64,000 nt of DNA from positions 1 to 64,000 of IMG/VR virus record IMGVR_UViG_3300021963_006848; one strand, given 5' to 3'. This document shows positions 9,548 through 19,289 of this stretch, one piece after another. The notes under the pieces are model-generated. The model saw only the letters and a program-made list of their open reading frames with translations. It did no database searches and was not told the origin of the DNA. The stretch comes from a virus. The translations under genes and the position numbers were made by a program. Position 1 is the first letter of the stretch, and every line of letters starts with the position of its first letter.

Positions 9548-9848
9548 AAAGCTCTAAAAGTAAGTAAGAAAGCTTATATCCGGCAAATGCTCCGAAAGCA
9601 GACGGTAAAGGAAACATAATCATCTGTCCTAAATCTGTTACATACTTTGGCCGATTAACTATCCTACCCATAAAGTAATAGTACGCAATATAACCTCCTA
9701 GTACTGCTAGGTCTGTTTTAGTTGCAATAAAGACTACTAGAGTTGCTCCAAGAAAGCCGAATGTAAAATTATCTCTAGCAGCTTCCCATATCTCTTTGTA
9801 AGAGGCATCTCTATACTCCTTTACTATCTTTCTAACCTTTACTTTCAT
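9543..9848 (-). CDS. membrane protein
   Basis: hydrophobic segments. Confidence 0.65.
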   Translation of the reverse strand: MKVKVRKIVKEYRDASYKEIWEAARDNFTFGFLGATLVVFIATKTDLAVLGGYIAYYYFMGRIVNRPKYVTDLGQMIMFPLPSAFGAFAGYKLSYLLLELL

Positions 9849-9849
9849 A

Positions 9850-10518
9850 TTATTGCTCTCCTTTTAGTCTTTCTTCGTGATGGTCTTTAGGTAATCTGTT
9901 TGCCTGAACTGCTCTTCCGGAAAGCTTCCTAACTATATCATCCATCAGGTAAGGTTTCATATCATTTCCATCCATACCGACATCCATTGATCGACCTCCC
10001 ATTATCTTCTTATCTGAAGGTAAATGAACGTGGCCAAATAGATGAAAGCGTCCTTTATTCATATCATGCCAGCTACACAAAGGGTAATGGTCTATTACAA
10101 ATTCATGTAACTTCTCTCCTTTATGTCCATACACAGTTAGTACTTCATACTGGAATGTCTTTGTAAAGATCTCTTGAATATCTTCTCTGTTATTCTCAAT
10201 ATGATGATCATGATTGCCGTAAGCTAGGTAGATGTTTCTACAAACTATTCTATCTCTAAACTCTTTAATCGATTCAAAGCCACCAAACGACCAGTCACCT
10301 AAGTGGATTAGTATATCATCTTGACCTACTACTTCGTTTATATTATTTACGATAGTAGCATTCATTTTCTCTAAGTCCGGAAAGTCTCTAGTCTGGCTGA
10401 TTGGTATCTCTCCATCTTGGGTTCTCCAGCCAGTTACTCCTCTACAGATGTTCTTATGATTATAATGCGTATCAGAAGTAAAGAAAAGCTTCTGATCTTT
10501 TTCTAATGTAATTCTCAT
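9850..10518 (-). CDS. calcineurin-like metallophosphoesterase
   Basis: SDTH, LGD, GNHD, HYP, GHVH motifs. Confidence 0.9.
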   Translation of the reverse strand: MRITLEKDQKLFFTSDTHYNHKNICRGVTGWRTQDGEIPISQTRDFPDLEKMNATIVNNINEVVGQDDILIHLGDWSFGGFESIKEFRDRIVCRNIYLAYGNHDHHIENNREDIQEIFTKTFQYEVLTVYGHKGEKLHEFVIDHYPLCSWHDMNKGRFHLFGHVHLPSDKKIMGGRSMDVGMDGNDMKPYLMDDIVRKLSGRAVQANRLPKDHHEERLKGEQ

Positions 10519-10532
10519 AACCTTTATTCAAT

Positions 10533-10700
10533 TTACTTTCTACTTCTAACTGCTGCTCCTATAATCGATATAATTAGAGAGATGCCAAATGCCTGAGTCC
10601 ATGATATCGGGTAGAATAAAGATACTGCCCATTTAATCAACAGTAACTCAAAGAAAAAGACTATCACTGCTCCTATTAGGAGGTATACTAATGGTTTCAT
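10533..10700 (-). CDS. small membrane protein (start corrected to 10700)
   Basis: two TM segments. Confidence 0.55.
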   Translation of the reverse strand: MKPLVYLLIGAVIVFFFELLLIKWAVSLFYPISWTQAFGISLIISIIGAAVRSRK

Positions 10701-10701
10701 A

Positions 10702-10881
10702 CTACTTCTTATTACTAGATACAGCTCCAAATAAGCACATAAATCCTACCATGCCACTCATAGCAAAACTAAAAGCTTCATTGAGAGGTTGGATTTCTAA
10801 ACCAGTATTACCTGTTATCAACAAACCTGCCCAAGTAAAGGCAAGTACAGATCCGATTGCGTATAAAATTCTTTGTTTCAT
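10702..10881 (-). CDS. 59-aa membrane protein, not in the ORF track (MKQRILYAIG...)
   Basis: translated by hand; fills the gap, two TM segments. Confidence 0.55.
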   Translation of the reverse strand: MKQRILYAIGSVLAFTWAGLLITGNTGLEIQPLNEAFSFAMSGMVGFMCLFGAVSSNKK

Positions 10882-10904
10882 ATCTATAAATATTGAGTGG
10901 TTTA

Positions 10905-11318
10905 TTAAGCTAATACAATTTCTTTAGGTTCATTCATTACAAAGGCTTTACTTGCCCAAGTCGTTGCTTTAACAGCTGCATACTGTGCTTGGCTGTATAG
11001 GTTAGTTTTTAAGAAGTAACAATTAATAGTTCCTACTTCTAACTCAGCTAAGATCTCGCTGTCGATTAAAACTACTTTCTTACCTTTCAAAGCAAATACT
11101 GTAAGCCAGTTATCAGATCCTTCTGCTTTGAATTCTACTGTCTGTAAAGCTCCTTTCTGGAAGCTGTTTAATACTTGAGCACCAGAAGTATAACGACCTT
11201 TAGACTCTGCTATTGTAAAGAATCCGGCCTTACATTTAACTACTGCTCTAAATTCACCTTTACGTCCGTTGATGAAATCTACTGTGTTAATTCCGATTGC
11301 ATTGATGATGTTTTTCAT
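10905..11318 (-). CDS. hypothetical protein
   Basis: promoter at 11370-11406, AAAGGTTATG start. Confidence 0.7.
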   Translation of the reverse strand: MKNIINAIGINTVDFINGRKGEFRAVVKCKAGFFTIAESKGRYTSGAQVLNSFQKGALQTVEFKAEGSDNWLTVFALKGKKVVLIDSEILAELEVGTINCYFLKTNLYSQAQYAAVKATTWASKAFVMNEPKEIVLA

Positions 11319-11447
11319 AACCTTTATTTTTATTGTTTAAGTATCGTTAAAGTATCTATCTCTCTAACATACCTTAAGGTACGAACATTTGGCCAGAATT
11401 CCAACTAATTCACAAAGTATTTTTCACTTTTATTGAAAATCAATGAG

Positions 11448-11660
11448 TTATGCAGCAAATTCTGCTTGTTTTATATTGTAGAATTCTCTTAAAATTGCTT
11501 GCTTTTCTAGTGCTATGTTAGGGTCTGTACCTAATCCTACTTCAAATCTAGTATAGATTTCTATCATCTTCTCACAAGCTTCGAATTGAAGAATGTTATT
11601 CAATGATTGAATAGTCTTATAGACTTTCATAAATGCAGCTGTCTTTTTCTCGTTATTCAT
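11448..11660 (-). CDS. hypothetical protein
   Basis: AAAGGTTATG start. Confidence 0.65.
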   Translation of the reverse strand: MNNEKKTAAFMKVYKTIQSLNNILQFEACEKMIEIYTRFEVGLGTDPNIALEKQAILREFYNIKQAEFAA

Positions 11661-11665
11661 AACCT

Positions 11666-12085
11666 TTATTTTTTAACTGTAAGTAATAGTTTATCTTCTA
11701 CAATCTTAATAGCAGTAACAACTCCTTCTAAGCCACCTCCAAAGCGACTCATATCAGTTCCTACACTCATATAAGGACCTCCTGAAGGATCGAACATATC
11801 GATTGTTTCTAAATCTGATGATACTAATGGACCAAATAATTTCATAATCCAGTTCTTACTATCTCTCCATTCATGAACTACTTCTTTAAACTTATCTAAA
11901 GATAGTGGAGTACCGTCTGGGTGTTCGAATACTACATCACAATAAGCCTGATAAGCTTCTGTGTATACATTTGGAAAGCCGTAACGGCAATACTCTGGAT
12001 TATACCCAGACATTATGATAGTATCTTCGTTTTGTTCGAAGACAATCTGATCGCGATAGCGATTAACGTAAGTTTGTTTGATCAT
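11666..12085 (-). CDS. hypothetical phage protein (NRY.D...DPSGGPY)
   Basis: promoter at 12106-12142. Confidence 0.7.
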   Translation of the reverse strand: MIKQTYVNRYRDQIVFEQNEDTIIMSGYNPEYCRYGFPNVYTEAYQAYCDVVFEHPDGTPLSLDKFKEVVHEWRDSKNWIMKLFGPLVSSDLETIDMFDPSGGPYMSVGTDMSRFGGGLEGVVTAIKIVEDKLLLTVKK

Positions 12086-12156
12086 AACCTTTATCTTTTT
12101 AATTATACCTTAAGATACGAATAATAAAGTTCTAAAGCAACTCTTTTTTTCCGGAA

Positions 12157-12345
12157 CTACTCTTCTTCGTTATTAAAAAAGTAATAGAGAAAAACTGCTA
12201 CTATAATAGGCCAAAGTAAAACGTTTCTAAATCTATCTTCCATATCCCAAGGCGGCCCTATCTGTCTTGATGTTGTAAACCATTCTAACCATGCTCCCCA
12301 TGTCATTCCTAAACAAAGGTAGTAAACTAATAAGTATTGTTCCAT
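12157..12345 (-). CDS. small membrane protein
   Basis: two TM segments. Confidence 0.6.
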   Translation of the reverse strand: MEQYLLVYYLCLGMTWGAWLEWFTTSRQIGPPWDMEDRFRNVLLWPIIVAVFLYYFFNNEEE

Positions 12346-12354
12346 ATTAAATTG

Positions 12355-12588
12355 TTAAGCTGGCCATTTTCCTTTTGGACAGTTGTTTTGTGCTGGAGTT
12401 GCAGAAGTAAAGACCTTTCCTTTAAGAGGGCAGCCGCATGCATTACATACTTCTAATCCTAAAGCGTTTTCACCTTTAAATTCACAATTTGAACATATTC
12501 CGTATCTAATCTCTGCTAATCTTTTTCTAATAGGGGAAGGATTTATAGCTGTGGACCAAGCTTCTACTATTTCAAAGATTTTGTTCAT
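12355..12588 (-). CDS. Cys-rich small protein (CxxC..CxxCxC..CP..KW), paralog of 24117-24404
   Basis: direct alignment by eye. Confidence 0.7.
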   Translation of the reverse strand: MNKIFEIVEAWSTAINPSPIRKRLAEIRYGICSNCEFKGENALGLEVCNACGCPLKGKVFTSATPAQNNCPKGKWPA

Positions 12589-12589
12589 A

Positions 12590-12778
12590 TTAGTTAAAGA
12601 TTACAATTTGTTCTTCTGTTTGAGTATTCTGAAGGCGTCTTTTAATAGAACGACCTCTTGGTGCTGATCTTAATCTTTCATATGTAATATCTTCTACTAC
12701 AATATGGTGACCATATTCTACTAAGTCTGCGATCTTAGGAGAGATTCTGGTTGAAGCTACATAATAACTTTTTGTCAT
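12590..12778 (-). CDS. hypothetical protein
   Basis: packed ORF. Confidence 0.55.
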   Translation of the reverse strand: MTKSYYVASTRISPKIADLVEYGHHIVVEDITYERLRSAPRGRSIKRRLQNTQTEEQIVIFN

Positions 12779-12797
12779 AACATTTATTGGTTTTGGT

Positions 12798-13406
12798 TTA
12801 TATATTTTGTTCTTTGTAAATCCTTACATACTTATCTGCCATATTTTTATAGTTCATTCTGAAGCTACTAGGCATTGATTCGTATATGGCTTGGTTTCTA
12901 TAAGGAGAGTTTCCTGGCTTACACCATTTTCTAGAGTAGTACATATAGTTATAAAACTGTACATAAGCATTTGCTCTCTTAATATAATCCTCTATGTCTA
13001 TTGGCAGGTTCCACTTCTTTATTAGCTTTACTGAGCGTTTCTCATTGTCTAATTCAAGGTCTCTACTCTGCCCTAAGTACTTCTTTATATTTCTTACCTT
13101 CTTACCAGATAACCACTCTTCTACAAAAGCCAGTCCATCTGATCCTTTAGCCCATGGTTCACAATTATCTACCCATTGAGTAAGATGAGCGAACTCGTGA
13201 ACTAATAACGGTAACCAGGTATCTTCATTCTTTGTAGCAACTACTAAATGCCTGTTTTCTGAATCAAAGTAACCGCCGCATTTAATCGTCTTATCTAGTT
13301 TAAGGTACCTAACCTTCCTAAGCTCTAGCTTTACTTTATGTTTTTTACACTCTTGTTTAACATACTCTAAGAAAGCTTGAACGTTTGGATCTTTGCGGAA
13401 AAACAT
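12798..13406 (-). CDS. HExxH zinc metallopeptidase-like protein
   Basis: LVHEFAH plus a downstream E. Confidence 0.6.
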   Translation of the reverse strand: MFFRKDPNVQAFLEYVKQECKKHKVKLELRKVRYLKLDKTIKCGGYFDSENRHLVVATKNEDTWLPLLVHEFAHLTQWVDNCEPWAKGSDGLAFVEEWLSGKKVRNIKKYLGQSRDLELDNEKRSVKLIKKWNLPIDIEDYIKRANAYVQFYNYMYYSRKWCKPGNSPYRNQAIYESMPSSFRMNYKNMADKYVRIYKEQNI

Positions 13407-13456
13407 AATAGACGTTTTATATCTATAAATATATGCTTTTTCACGCTTGATACAAA

Positions 13457-13774
13457 CTATTTGATGTAGATGTATTCCACTCGCTTTAGCTTTCTAGCCT
13501 GCTCTTCTTCTTCTTTCCATTCCCTAATTACTTCCAAGGCTTTATATCGACTAGTAAATACAAAGTCACTATAGACCCATTCACGTAAAATTTTCCCGTT
13601 AAATACTTTCCTCATTGGAATGTAGATACGGTGTCCGGAATGAGTATACTTTACTGCAATCTTATACTTGTCGTGTCCTACAATAATTTCTTCAACTCTA
13701 TCTTTGAAGTTTAGAGTTTGAGCTACAACACTGCTTACGAAAAAAAAACTTAGAATTGTTAATAACTTTTTCAT
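13457..13774 (-). CDS. secreted hypothetical protein
   Basis: signal peptide MKKLLTIL...VVAQ. Confidence 0.6.
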   Translation of the reverse strand: MKKLLTILSFFFVSSVVAQTLNFKDRVEEIIVGHDKYKIAVKYTHSGHRIYIPMRKVFNGKILREWVYSDFVFTSRYKALEVIREWKEEEEQARKLKRVEYIYIK

Positions 13775-14037
13775 TTATTAGGTTCTTTATTGCCAACAAG
13801 TTGATAAGCATCTGCTAACTTATCCATAGCTTCTTCTACTAGAATAGCTAAATCAGCTTCTTTCATTGTTAACGGGTGGTAAAATATATGATCATTTACT
13901 GTTGAAAGTACTACGTGTAATCTATCCATCAACTCTAGATAATGTCCTGGGTTGATTTCTATTTTAAATTCAGGTATGAATTCATTCTCGTTGAATTGTT
14001 TTTCTTCTTCCCCAAATTCTAATTTATACTGTTTCAT
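13771..14037 (-). CDS. hypothetical protein
   Basis: packed ORF. Confidence 0.6.
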   Translation of the reverse strand: MKQYKLEFGEEEKQFNENEFIPEFKIEINPGHYLELMDRLHVVLSTVNDHIFYHPLTMKEADLAILVEEAMDKLADAYQLVGNKEPNK

Positions 14038-14041
14038 ATTT

Positions 14042-14293
14042 TTATCGCATTAATTCATCTAATACTATTCCGTTATCGTCTAGAATTTCTCGTAATTTTT
14101 CTCTAGTTCGTTCTATTGCTTTATAAGCTTCCTCTGATAGCTCTCCTTCTCTAGTTCCGTACTTCAATTCAGATCTAAGATGTTGATCCATATCCCAAAG
14201 TGCTATTGTCAAAGATAGAGATTTTACAGCTCTTAAATGAGCATCTCTATCATCTACATCGTTCAAGTCGTATTCTAATATTGCTTTAGCCAT
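14042..14293 (-). CDS. hypothetical phage protein
   Basis: packed ORF. Confidence 0.65.
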   Translation of the reverse strand: MAKAILEYDLNDVDDRDAHLRAVKSLSLTIALWDMDQHLRSELKYGTREGELSEEAYKAIERTREKLREILDDNGIVLDELMR

Positions 14294-14675
14294 TTATGAT
14301 AAGTTTATAAGTACTATTAGTTGTATTGAATGTAACAGCTCCTTCTTCTTCTGTAAAAGATTCTACCGTAGTTGTTAACCACCTGTATGTACCGTATTGA
14401 GGATCTACTACTAAGCTTGCTCCTACTCTTGGAGTCTCATGTTCTTTCTTAAAGGTTCCATTCTCATTCCATTCTAACCAAAGTACTTTGTTACCTGTTA
14501 CTGTTAAGTTATCACTAGAACGAATAAGTTTATACTTATAGGAAGGTGTACCGCCATGCTCTTCGCAGTATAAATCTTCAGTCATTCCTTCTGAGATAAT
14601 CTTACGACATTCATGACAAAGAGTAGCTCCTCTTCCTCCGTTAAATTTATGTATGGGTTTAATCTTTTTCGACAT
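14286..14675 (-). CDS. hypothetical protein with N-terminal Zn-binding motif
   Basis: CHEC...CEEH. Confidence 0.65.
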   Translation of the reverse strand: MSKKIKPIHKFNGGRGATLCHECRKIISEGMTEDLYCEEHGGTPSYKYKLIRSSDNLTVTGNKVLWLEWNENGTFKKEHETPRVGASLVVDPQYGTYRWLTTTVESFTEEEGAVTFNTTNSTYKLIING

Positions 14676-15030
14676 GTAACCTTTTTTTATTTTCTTGTAC
14701 GTCTTCTCTTCTAAAGCGTTCTTTAAAGCCTATAATTCTATGAAAGTCTCTATAAGCTTCTGGATGGTACTTCTCTAAGTATTCGATACCAAATTCATAT
14801 TCAAATAAGATATCTTCGTATCGATGCTCTTTGCTATCAAAACCTTTATTCTGAAATTCAATTTCAGTCTGTAAGGAGTCAATAACGTGCTGTAGAGAAT
14901 CTACTTGAGTAACATTAGCCGATTGTAAAGGCTCTATAATAGTCTTGCTAGTACATTTATCTACTATAAGTACTATTGCTGTGAGTACAAAAGCAATTCC
15001 TACAATGTAAGGGAAGTTATTCAGTTTCAT
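14659..15030 (-). CDS. membrane-anchored coiled-coil protein
   Basis: N-terminal TM, DSLQ..IDSLQ repeats. Confidence 0.65.
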   Translation of the reverse strand: MKLNNFPYIVGIAFVLTAIVLIVDKCTSKTIIEPLQSANVTQVDSLQHVIDSLQTEIEFQNKGFDSKEHRYEDILFEYEFGIEYLEKYHPEAYRDFHRIIGFKERFRREDVQENKKRLHVEKD

Positions 15031-15268
15031 GATTCATATAATTACTAGCCTGCAAAGCGGCTTTAGGATTAACCTCCTGTAAATAGTCTAATGTTAACTC
15101 ATATCTTCCTAGCTGAGTCTTCAATATAAAATTCTCTGCTGCTAAACTATCTGTAGTTTGAGTTAAGGCTTCAACTTGCTGTTTATACTCTATAGATTTG
15201 TTTCTGGTTGATACAGCCCAGAAGCATAGAATAATAACCCCAATAATTAATACTACTGTATTTCTCAT
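15017..15268 (-). CDS. membrane-anchored coiled-coil protein
   Basis: N-terminal TM; partly similar to 14659-15030. Confidence 0.65.
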   Translation of the reverse strand: MRNTVVLIIGVIILCFWAVSTRNKSIEYKQQVEALTQTTDSLAAENFILKTQLGRYELTLDYLQEVNPKAALQASNYMNHETE

Positions 15269-15405
15269 TTTTTACGTTTTAAAATGTCTTTTAATTTTTT
15301 ACCTTCTTTAATTACTTTACCGCGTTGGTCTAATGTAGGAGCAGTGTAGTATTCTACTGCTATCCAAATAAACGAAACCAAAGCGCCGATTGCCATTGCT
15401 ATCAT
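15265..15405 (-). CDS. 46-aa membrane peptide, not in the track
   Basis: hand translation MIAMAIGALVSFIW...; ATGA overlap with the next gene. Confidence 0.5.
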   Translation of the reverse strand: MIAMAIGALVSFIWIAVEYYTAPTLDQRGKVIKEGKKLKDILKRKK

Positions 15406-15463
15406 ATACTTCCTTTTTATAAAGATAAGAAAAAATAAGGTACGATCCTACAGGTTTATTTCC

Positions 15464-15625
15464 CTATAGAACATGATCTTTATCATCTTCATCAAAGGGT
15501 CCGAATAGATCATCTCCTTTATAGTCCGGATGATTCTTTTGCATATAGTCGATTCCTTCTACCCATCTCCATGAGATTAATGCCACTACTGCAAACATAA
15601 TTCCAAACACTAGTACGTATTCCAT
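15464..15625 (-). CDS. 53-aa membrane peptide, not in the track
   Basis: hand translation MEYVLVFG...GIDYMQKNHPDYKGDD. Confidence 0.55.
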   Translation of the reverse strand: MEYVLVFGIMFAVVALISWRWVEGIDYMQKNHPDYKGDDLFGPFDEDDKDHVL

Positions 15626-15634
15626 TTTATATTA

Positions 15635-16102
15635 TTATTTAAGTCTTCCTGCTCCTTTGTATGCTCGCCTATAACGAGGTTCATTTAAACTACTTACTTT
15701 TACTCCTTCAATTCTATTAGATGCATGTATAAAATAAGTGTTACCTAAATAAAAGCCACAATGCCATCCGGAAGGTGATTGCGTACTTCTAAAGAATACT
15801 AAATCCCCAAGCTGTAAGCTGTCTCTCTTAACTCGTTCTGTCTGATTCCATTGCTTATATGCTACATTAGCTAATTGCTTACCATATACATCCATATAAA
15901 GACGTTTTGTAAATTGTGAGCAATCAATTCCCCTTTCTGTACTACCTCCTAACTTGTATGGCTTTCTCATCCAGTGAGTCATAAATTTATTCAAGGTAGT
16001 GTCTGCTGTAACTACATCATTAAATCCATTTTCATACTGTGCTTGTGCATTTACAAAATGTGCCCATAGCATACATATCCACAATATTATTACTCTTTTC
16101 AT
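15635..16102 (-). CDS. NlpC/P60 cell-wall peptidase with signal peptide
   Basis: PYKLGG...GIDCS, GDLVFF, HCGFY, FIHAS. Confidence 0.9.
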   Translation of the reverse strand: MKRVIILWICMLWAHFVNAQAQYENGFNDVVTADTTLNKFMTHWMRKPYKLGGSTERGIDCSQFTKRLYMDVYGKQLANVAYKQWNQTERVKRDSLQLGDLVFFRSTQSPSGWHCGFYLGNTYFIHASNRIEGVKVSSLNEPRYRRAYKGAGRLK

Positions 16103-16114
16103 ATTTTTCTAATT

Positions 16115-16681
16115 TTAATCCCACCACCCTCTCATATCTGACCCATCGTAGTTCTTATTGAACTTTCTAGAGTTTTTAGTACCTTTAAGTATATTCCATA
16201 ACTCTTTCCATTCTTCATCTTCTATCTGTCTTGCTCTTACAAATACCTTTCTGTTATGAGCTTTTTGTTCAGGAGTATCCTTGTCTATGAGCATACCGTC
16301 TTCATTTACGTTCCAATCCCAATCACTCAAAGGACCCAACTCTGCTTCTGCTCGTTCTATAAAGTTATCCTCTCGTGCATTTTTTAAAAGCTCTAAGACT
16401 CTTCTAATAGACTGTACTTTAGCATCTCTACTTTCTGGAACTTCTATACCTTTAGTACTTAAGCCTTTTTCCTGCACATGTAGTGATTTTTCAAAAAGAT
16501 TTAAAGTATACCTATAATCCCACCAACGATGATCCCATAACTCTTTTCTGAAAGTCCATACATTTAGTATGAAATTTTTTAGATCCCATCGCAAGGTTTT
16601 GTAAATCTTATACCACCATGTATTATGTCTTGCTAGTACTTTTAGACTATCAACAAAACTATCTGATATTTGTATTTTCAT
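16115..16681 (-). CDS. hypothetical phage protein
   Basis: long ORF. Confidence 0.75.
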   Translation of the reverse strand: MKIQISDSFVDSLKVLARHNTWWYKIYKTLRWDLKNFILNVWTFRKELWDHRWWDYRYTLNLFEKSLHVQEKGLSTKGIEVPESRDAKVQSIRRVLELLKNAREDNFIERAEAELGPLSDWDWNVNEDGMLIDKDTPEQKAHNRKVFVRARQIEDEEWKELWNILKGTKNSRKFNKNYDGSDMRGWWD

Positions 16682-16682
16682 A

Positions 16683-16790
16683 TCAAGTTAATGCTGCTAT
16701 AATTAATGTTACTACTAATCCTAAAAATGCCCAGAACGAAACGTCTTCAGCAAATTTAATTTGGTCGGGTCTTCTTCCTTGATTTTCCAT
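16683..16790 (-). CDS. 35-aa membrane peptide, not in the track
   Basis: hand translation MENQGRRPDQ...; directly after the promoter at 16793-16827. Confidence 0.45.
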   Translation of the reverse strand: MENQGRRPDQIKFAEDVSFWAFLGLVVTLIIAALT

Positions 16791-16825
16791 ACACTTAAGA
16801 TACGAAAAAATATAATTAGAAACAA

Positions 16826-17398
16826 CTAAATTAGAGTCTTTTTTACCCCTAAATTATCTTTCCTGTACTTGTTATTCTTATCTAATAAAAAACGGTAATT
16901 TTTGCCTGTAATTCCAACATACTTATCTATTGTGTCTAAATCTTCTCCAGTTATATAAACTTTTTCATAAGTTGTTTTAAAATCATCAATACCTTCTATC
17001 TCTTTATATCCATCTTGAAACGATTCTAAATGCTTTTGTATATCTCCTTCCGGAACTTGTTTATCAGTATACATATAAGGTTCGTGCCAATGTTCTTGTG
17101 AATTTTCAAGAGCAGCATATGCAAAACTTTGTGCCTGCTCTAATGTATTTTCTCTCCAGAGTATAATAACTTTATCAAACTTATCTTTCAATTCTTTATA
17201 CCAATAACCTCCTTGTCCCCATATTGATTTTACAACTACATTATCTCTTTCAAAAATATCGTAGTCAGTTAAAGTTGACTGCCAGAATCGGGAATCGTGG
17301 AAAGGCTCTATTGCTACTAAGTAGTTTAAACTTTCTGCCAAGTAATAAGCTAGGTTTGTTGAACCTGTTCTAGGAAGAGCATAAATTAGTATTCGCAT
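16826..17398 (-). CDS. sulfotransferase-like protein (P-loop fold)
   Basis: ALPRTGST PAPS-binding loop, IEPF, LWREN..Q..S; ends KKTLI. Confidence 0.75.
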   Translation of the reverse strand: MRILIYALPRTGSTNLAYYLAESLNYLVAIEPFHDSRFWQSTLTDYDIFERDNVVVKSIWGQGGYWYKELKDKFDKVIILWRENTLEQAQSFAYAALENSQEHWHEPYMYTDKQVPEGDIQKHLESFQDGYKEIEGIDDFKTTYEKVYITGEDLDTIDKYVGITGKNYRFLLDKNNKYRKDNLGVKKTLI

Positions 17399-17772
17399 AT
17401 TGACTTTCCGTAGTTTTTATAATCTCTATTTACAAAGTTAGATTTAAAATACTCTCCTTTGGGCCGTTCTAACTTATATTCTACTACATGGTAACTTACC
17501 GTAATTTCATCTCCTCTATCAATAGGTCTATTGGCATATAAGTTATACCCATTCTCAGTTTTAACTAGCGTAGTATTAGGACGTTCACTATGGTTACAAA
17601 ATCTACCTAACGGATCACTTTCCCATAAAGTTGCTGTGAGCTTTCTTCCTAGTTTACTAGCTCTAGATTCAACATACTCACCTATAAATTCTTCTTCTTC
17701 AAAATAAGCATTTGAAAAAACTCCAACTCCTTTTATTGGTAATACTATAAGAGTAAAATTAGCTTCTATCAT
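17386..17772 (-). CDS. SET-domain methyltransferase
   Basis: GVGVF, FIGEY, RFCNHS..PN, I..GDEITVSY. Confidence 0.85.
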   Translation of the reverse strand: MIEANFTLIVLPIKGVGVFSNAYFEEEEFIGEYVESRASKLGRKLTATLWESDPLGRFCNHSERPNTTLVKTENGYNLYANRPIDRGDEITVSYHVVEYKLERPKGEYFKSNFVNRDYKNYGKSICEY

Positions 17773-19289
17773 AGTACCTGAATATTATCTATAGAGTTAT
17801 CGTAAATGGTTTTTAAATTTATTTTTAGCTTTTCTCTAAGAGGAGCTAATTTAATATCTAAGTTAAGATCATTATTCTCTTCTATAAGTAATGTATTATT
17901 TAATACCCTTACACCAGCTCCTACTAGGTACCAACTGTACATATCAAATACGTCTGATTTACCTAATACAGATAAGTCCCCATTTTTTGGCGGCCTTATG
18001 CTCCATAACTTTAATAACGCTTTCAGTTTTTCTGGAGTCTCTGTTCTAGTTTTATATGTTCTCCAAAATTCTGTATCTTTTCTTTGAGTCATATAATGGT
18101 AATATAAGAATGCAACACATTCATCATTAAGTTCTCCTATAAGGTTATTGTAGATATCTCGAATACTTTGGTTATCTACTTTTAATGAACTAGGATCTAA
18201 GTTAAGGAGTTGCATTATTACAAGCATTACAGAAGTAGCTTCTAGAGGTTCTGTAAAACCAGCTGATAAGCCGATTGCAATACAATTCTTATGCCATACG
18301 TTTTTAAATCTTCCAGCATTAAATTTAAAGACTTTTGTACTTTCAATTGGGTGCCCTAAAAACTCTTCTACTTCTGCTCTAGCCTCTTGTTCGTTTATAA
18401 ACTTATCATCAAAAATATATCCACACCCCCATCTACCTTTCACAGGAATTTGCCACATCCAGCCATACTTCATAGCTATAGCTCTAGTCTCAGGTCTTAT
18501 AATTTTTTCAGTTTGAGGTAAGAAGAATGGAATAGCAGAATTTACTGTTAGTTGTTTATCGTAAGATACCCACTTTGAATTGTATGCATTACCTATTAAA
18601 AGTCTTTGAAATCCGCTACAATCAAAAATAAAATCACATTCGAAAAATCTTCCATCTTGTATAGATATACCTGTAATCATTTCGGATTCATTCATAAATA
18701 CTTTATCAAATTCTCCATCAACACATATAACACCTCTAGCTTCAGCAACTGAGCGTAAGTACTTAGCAACTTTTCTGGCATTAAAATGAAAAGAATATCC
18801 GACTGAGTTGTTAACTTTGTTACCTTCCTTATAAAAAGGACTTTTCTTTTCTTTAATCAACTTACTTGCAGGTATTACTTCATCTAAATCTTCTTTATTT
18901 GCTAAAGCATTTAGTATAAAGAAAGCACTATTAGTATTAGGTACTCCTGTGTTTGAATTTATATTAAGGTTATTAAGTTGTTTAAAATCTATTGACGAAC
19001 CGGGAGGTGCAGCAAATGGATGTAAGTAGTTTGTTCCATCTCCATTCCAATTTTCAAAATTTATTCCTAGTTTAAAAGTAGCGTCACATTCTTTTTTAAA
19101 CTCACCTAAGTTTATATTTAAACTTTGTAAAAATGCTGGTAATAAAGGTACTGATCCTTCTCCGGCACCTAAGATTCCTACCTTACTGCTTTCTATCAAA
19201 ACTACTCTGGTCTTTTCATAAAGCTGTTTTACTTGTAAAGCTGTTAACCACCCTGCTGTTCCTCCTCCTAATATAACTATATTTCTCAT
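17769..19289 (-). CDS. flavin-dependent tryptophan halogenase family protein
   Basis: GGGTAGW, ATFKLGI (catalytic Lys position), DCSGF, WMWQIP, GFTEPLEATS. Confidence 0.9.
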   Translation of the reverse strand: MRNIVILGGGTAGWLTALQVKQLYEKTRVVLIESSKVGILGAGEGSVPLLPAFLQSLNINLGEFKKECDATFKLGINFENWNGDGTNYLHPFAAPPGSSIDFKQLNNLNINSNTGVPNTNSAFFILNALANKEDLDEVIPASKLIKEKKSPFYKEGNKVNNSVGYSFHFNARKVAKYLRSVAEARGVICVDGEFDKVFMNESEMITGISIQDGRFFECDFIFDCSGFQRLLIGNAYNSKWVSYDKQLTVNSAIPFFLPQTEKIIRPETRAIAMKYGWMWQIPVKGRWGCGYIFDDKFINEQEARAEVEEFLGHPIESTKVFKFNAGRFKNVWHKNCIAIGLSAGFTEPLEATSVMLVIMQLLNLDPSSLKVDNQSIRDIYNNLIGELNDECVAFLYYHYMTQRKDTEFWRTYKTRTETPEKLKALLKLWSIRPPKNGDLSVLGKSDVFDMYSWYLVGAGVRVLNNTLLIEENNDLNLDIKLAPLREKLKINLKTIYDNSIDNIQVL

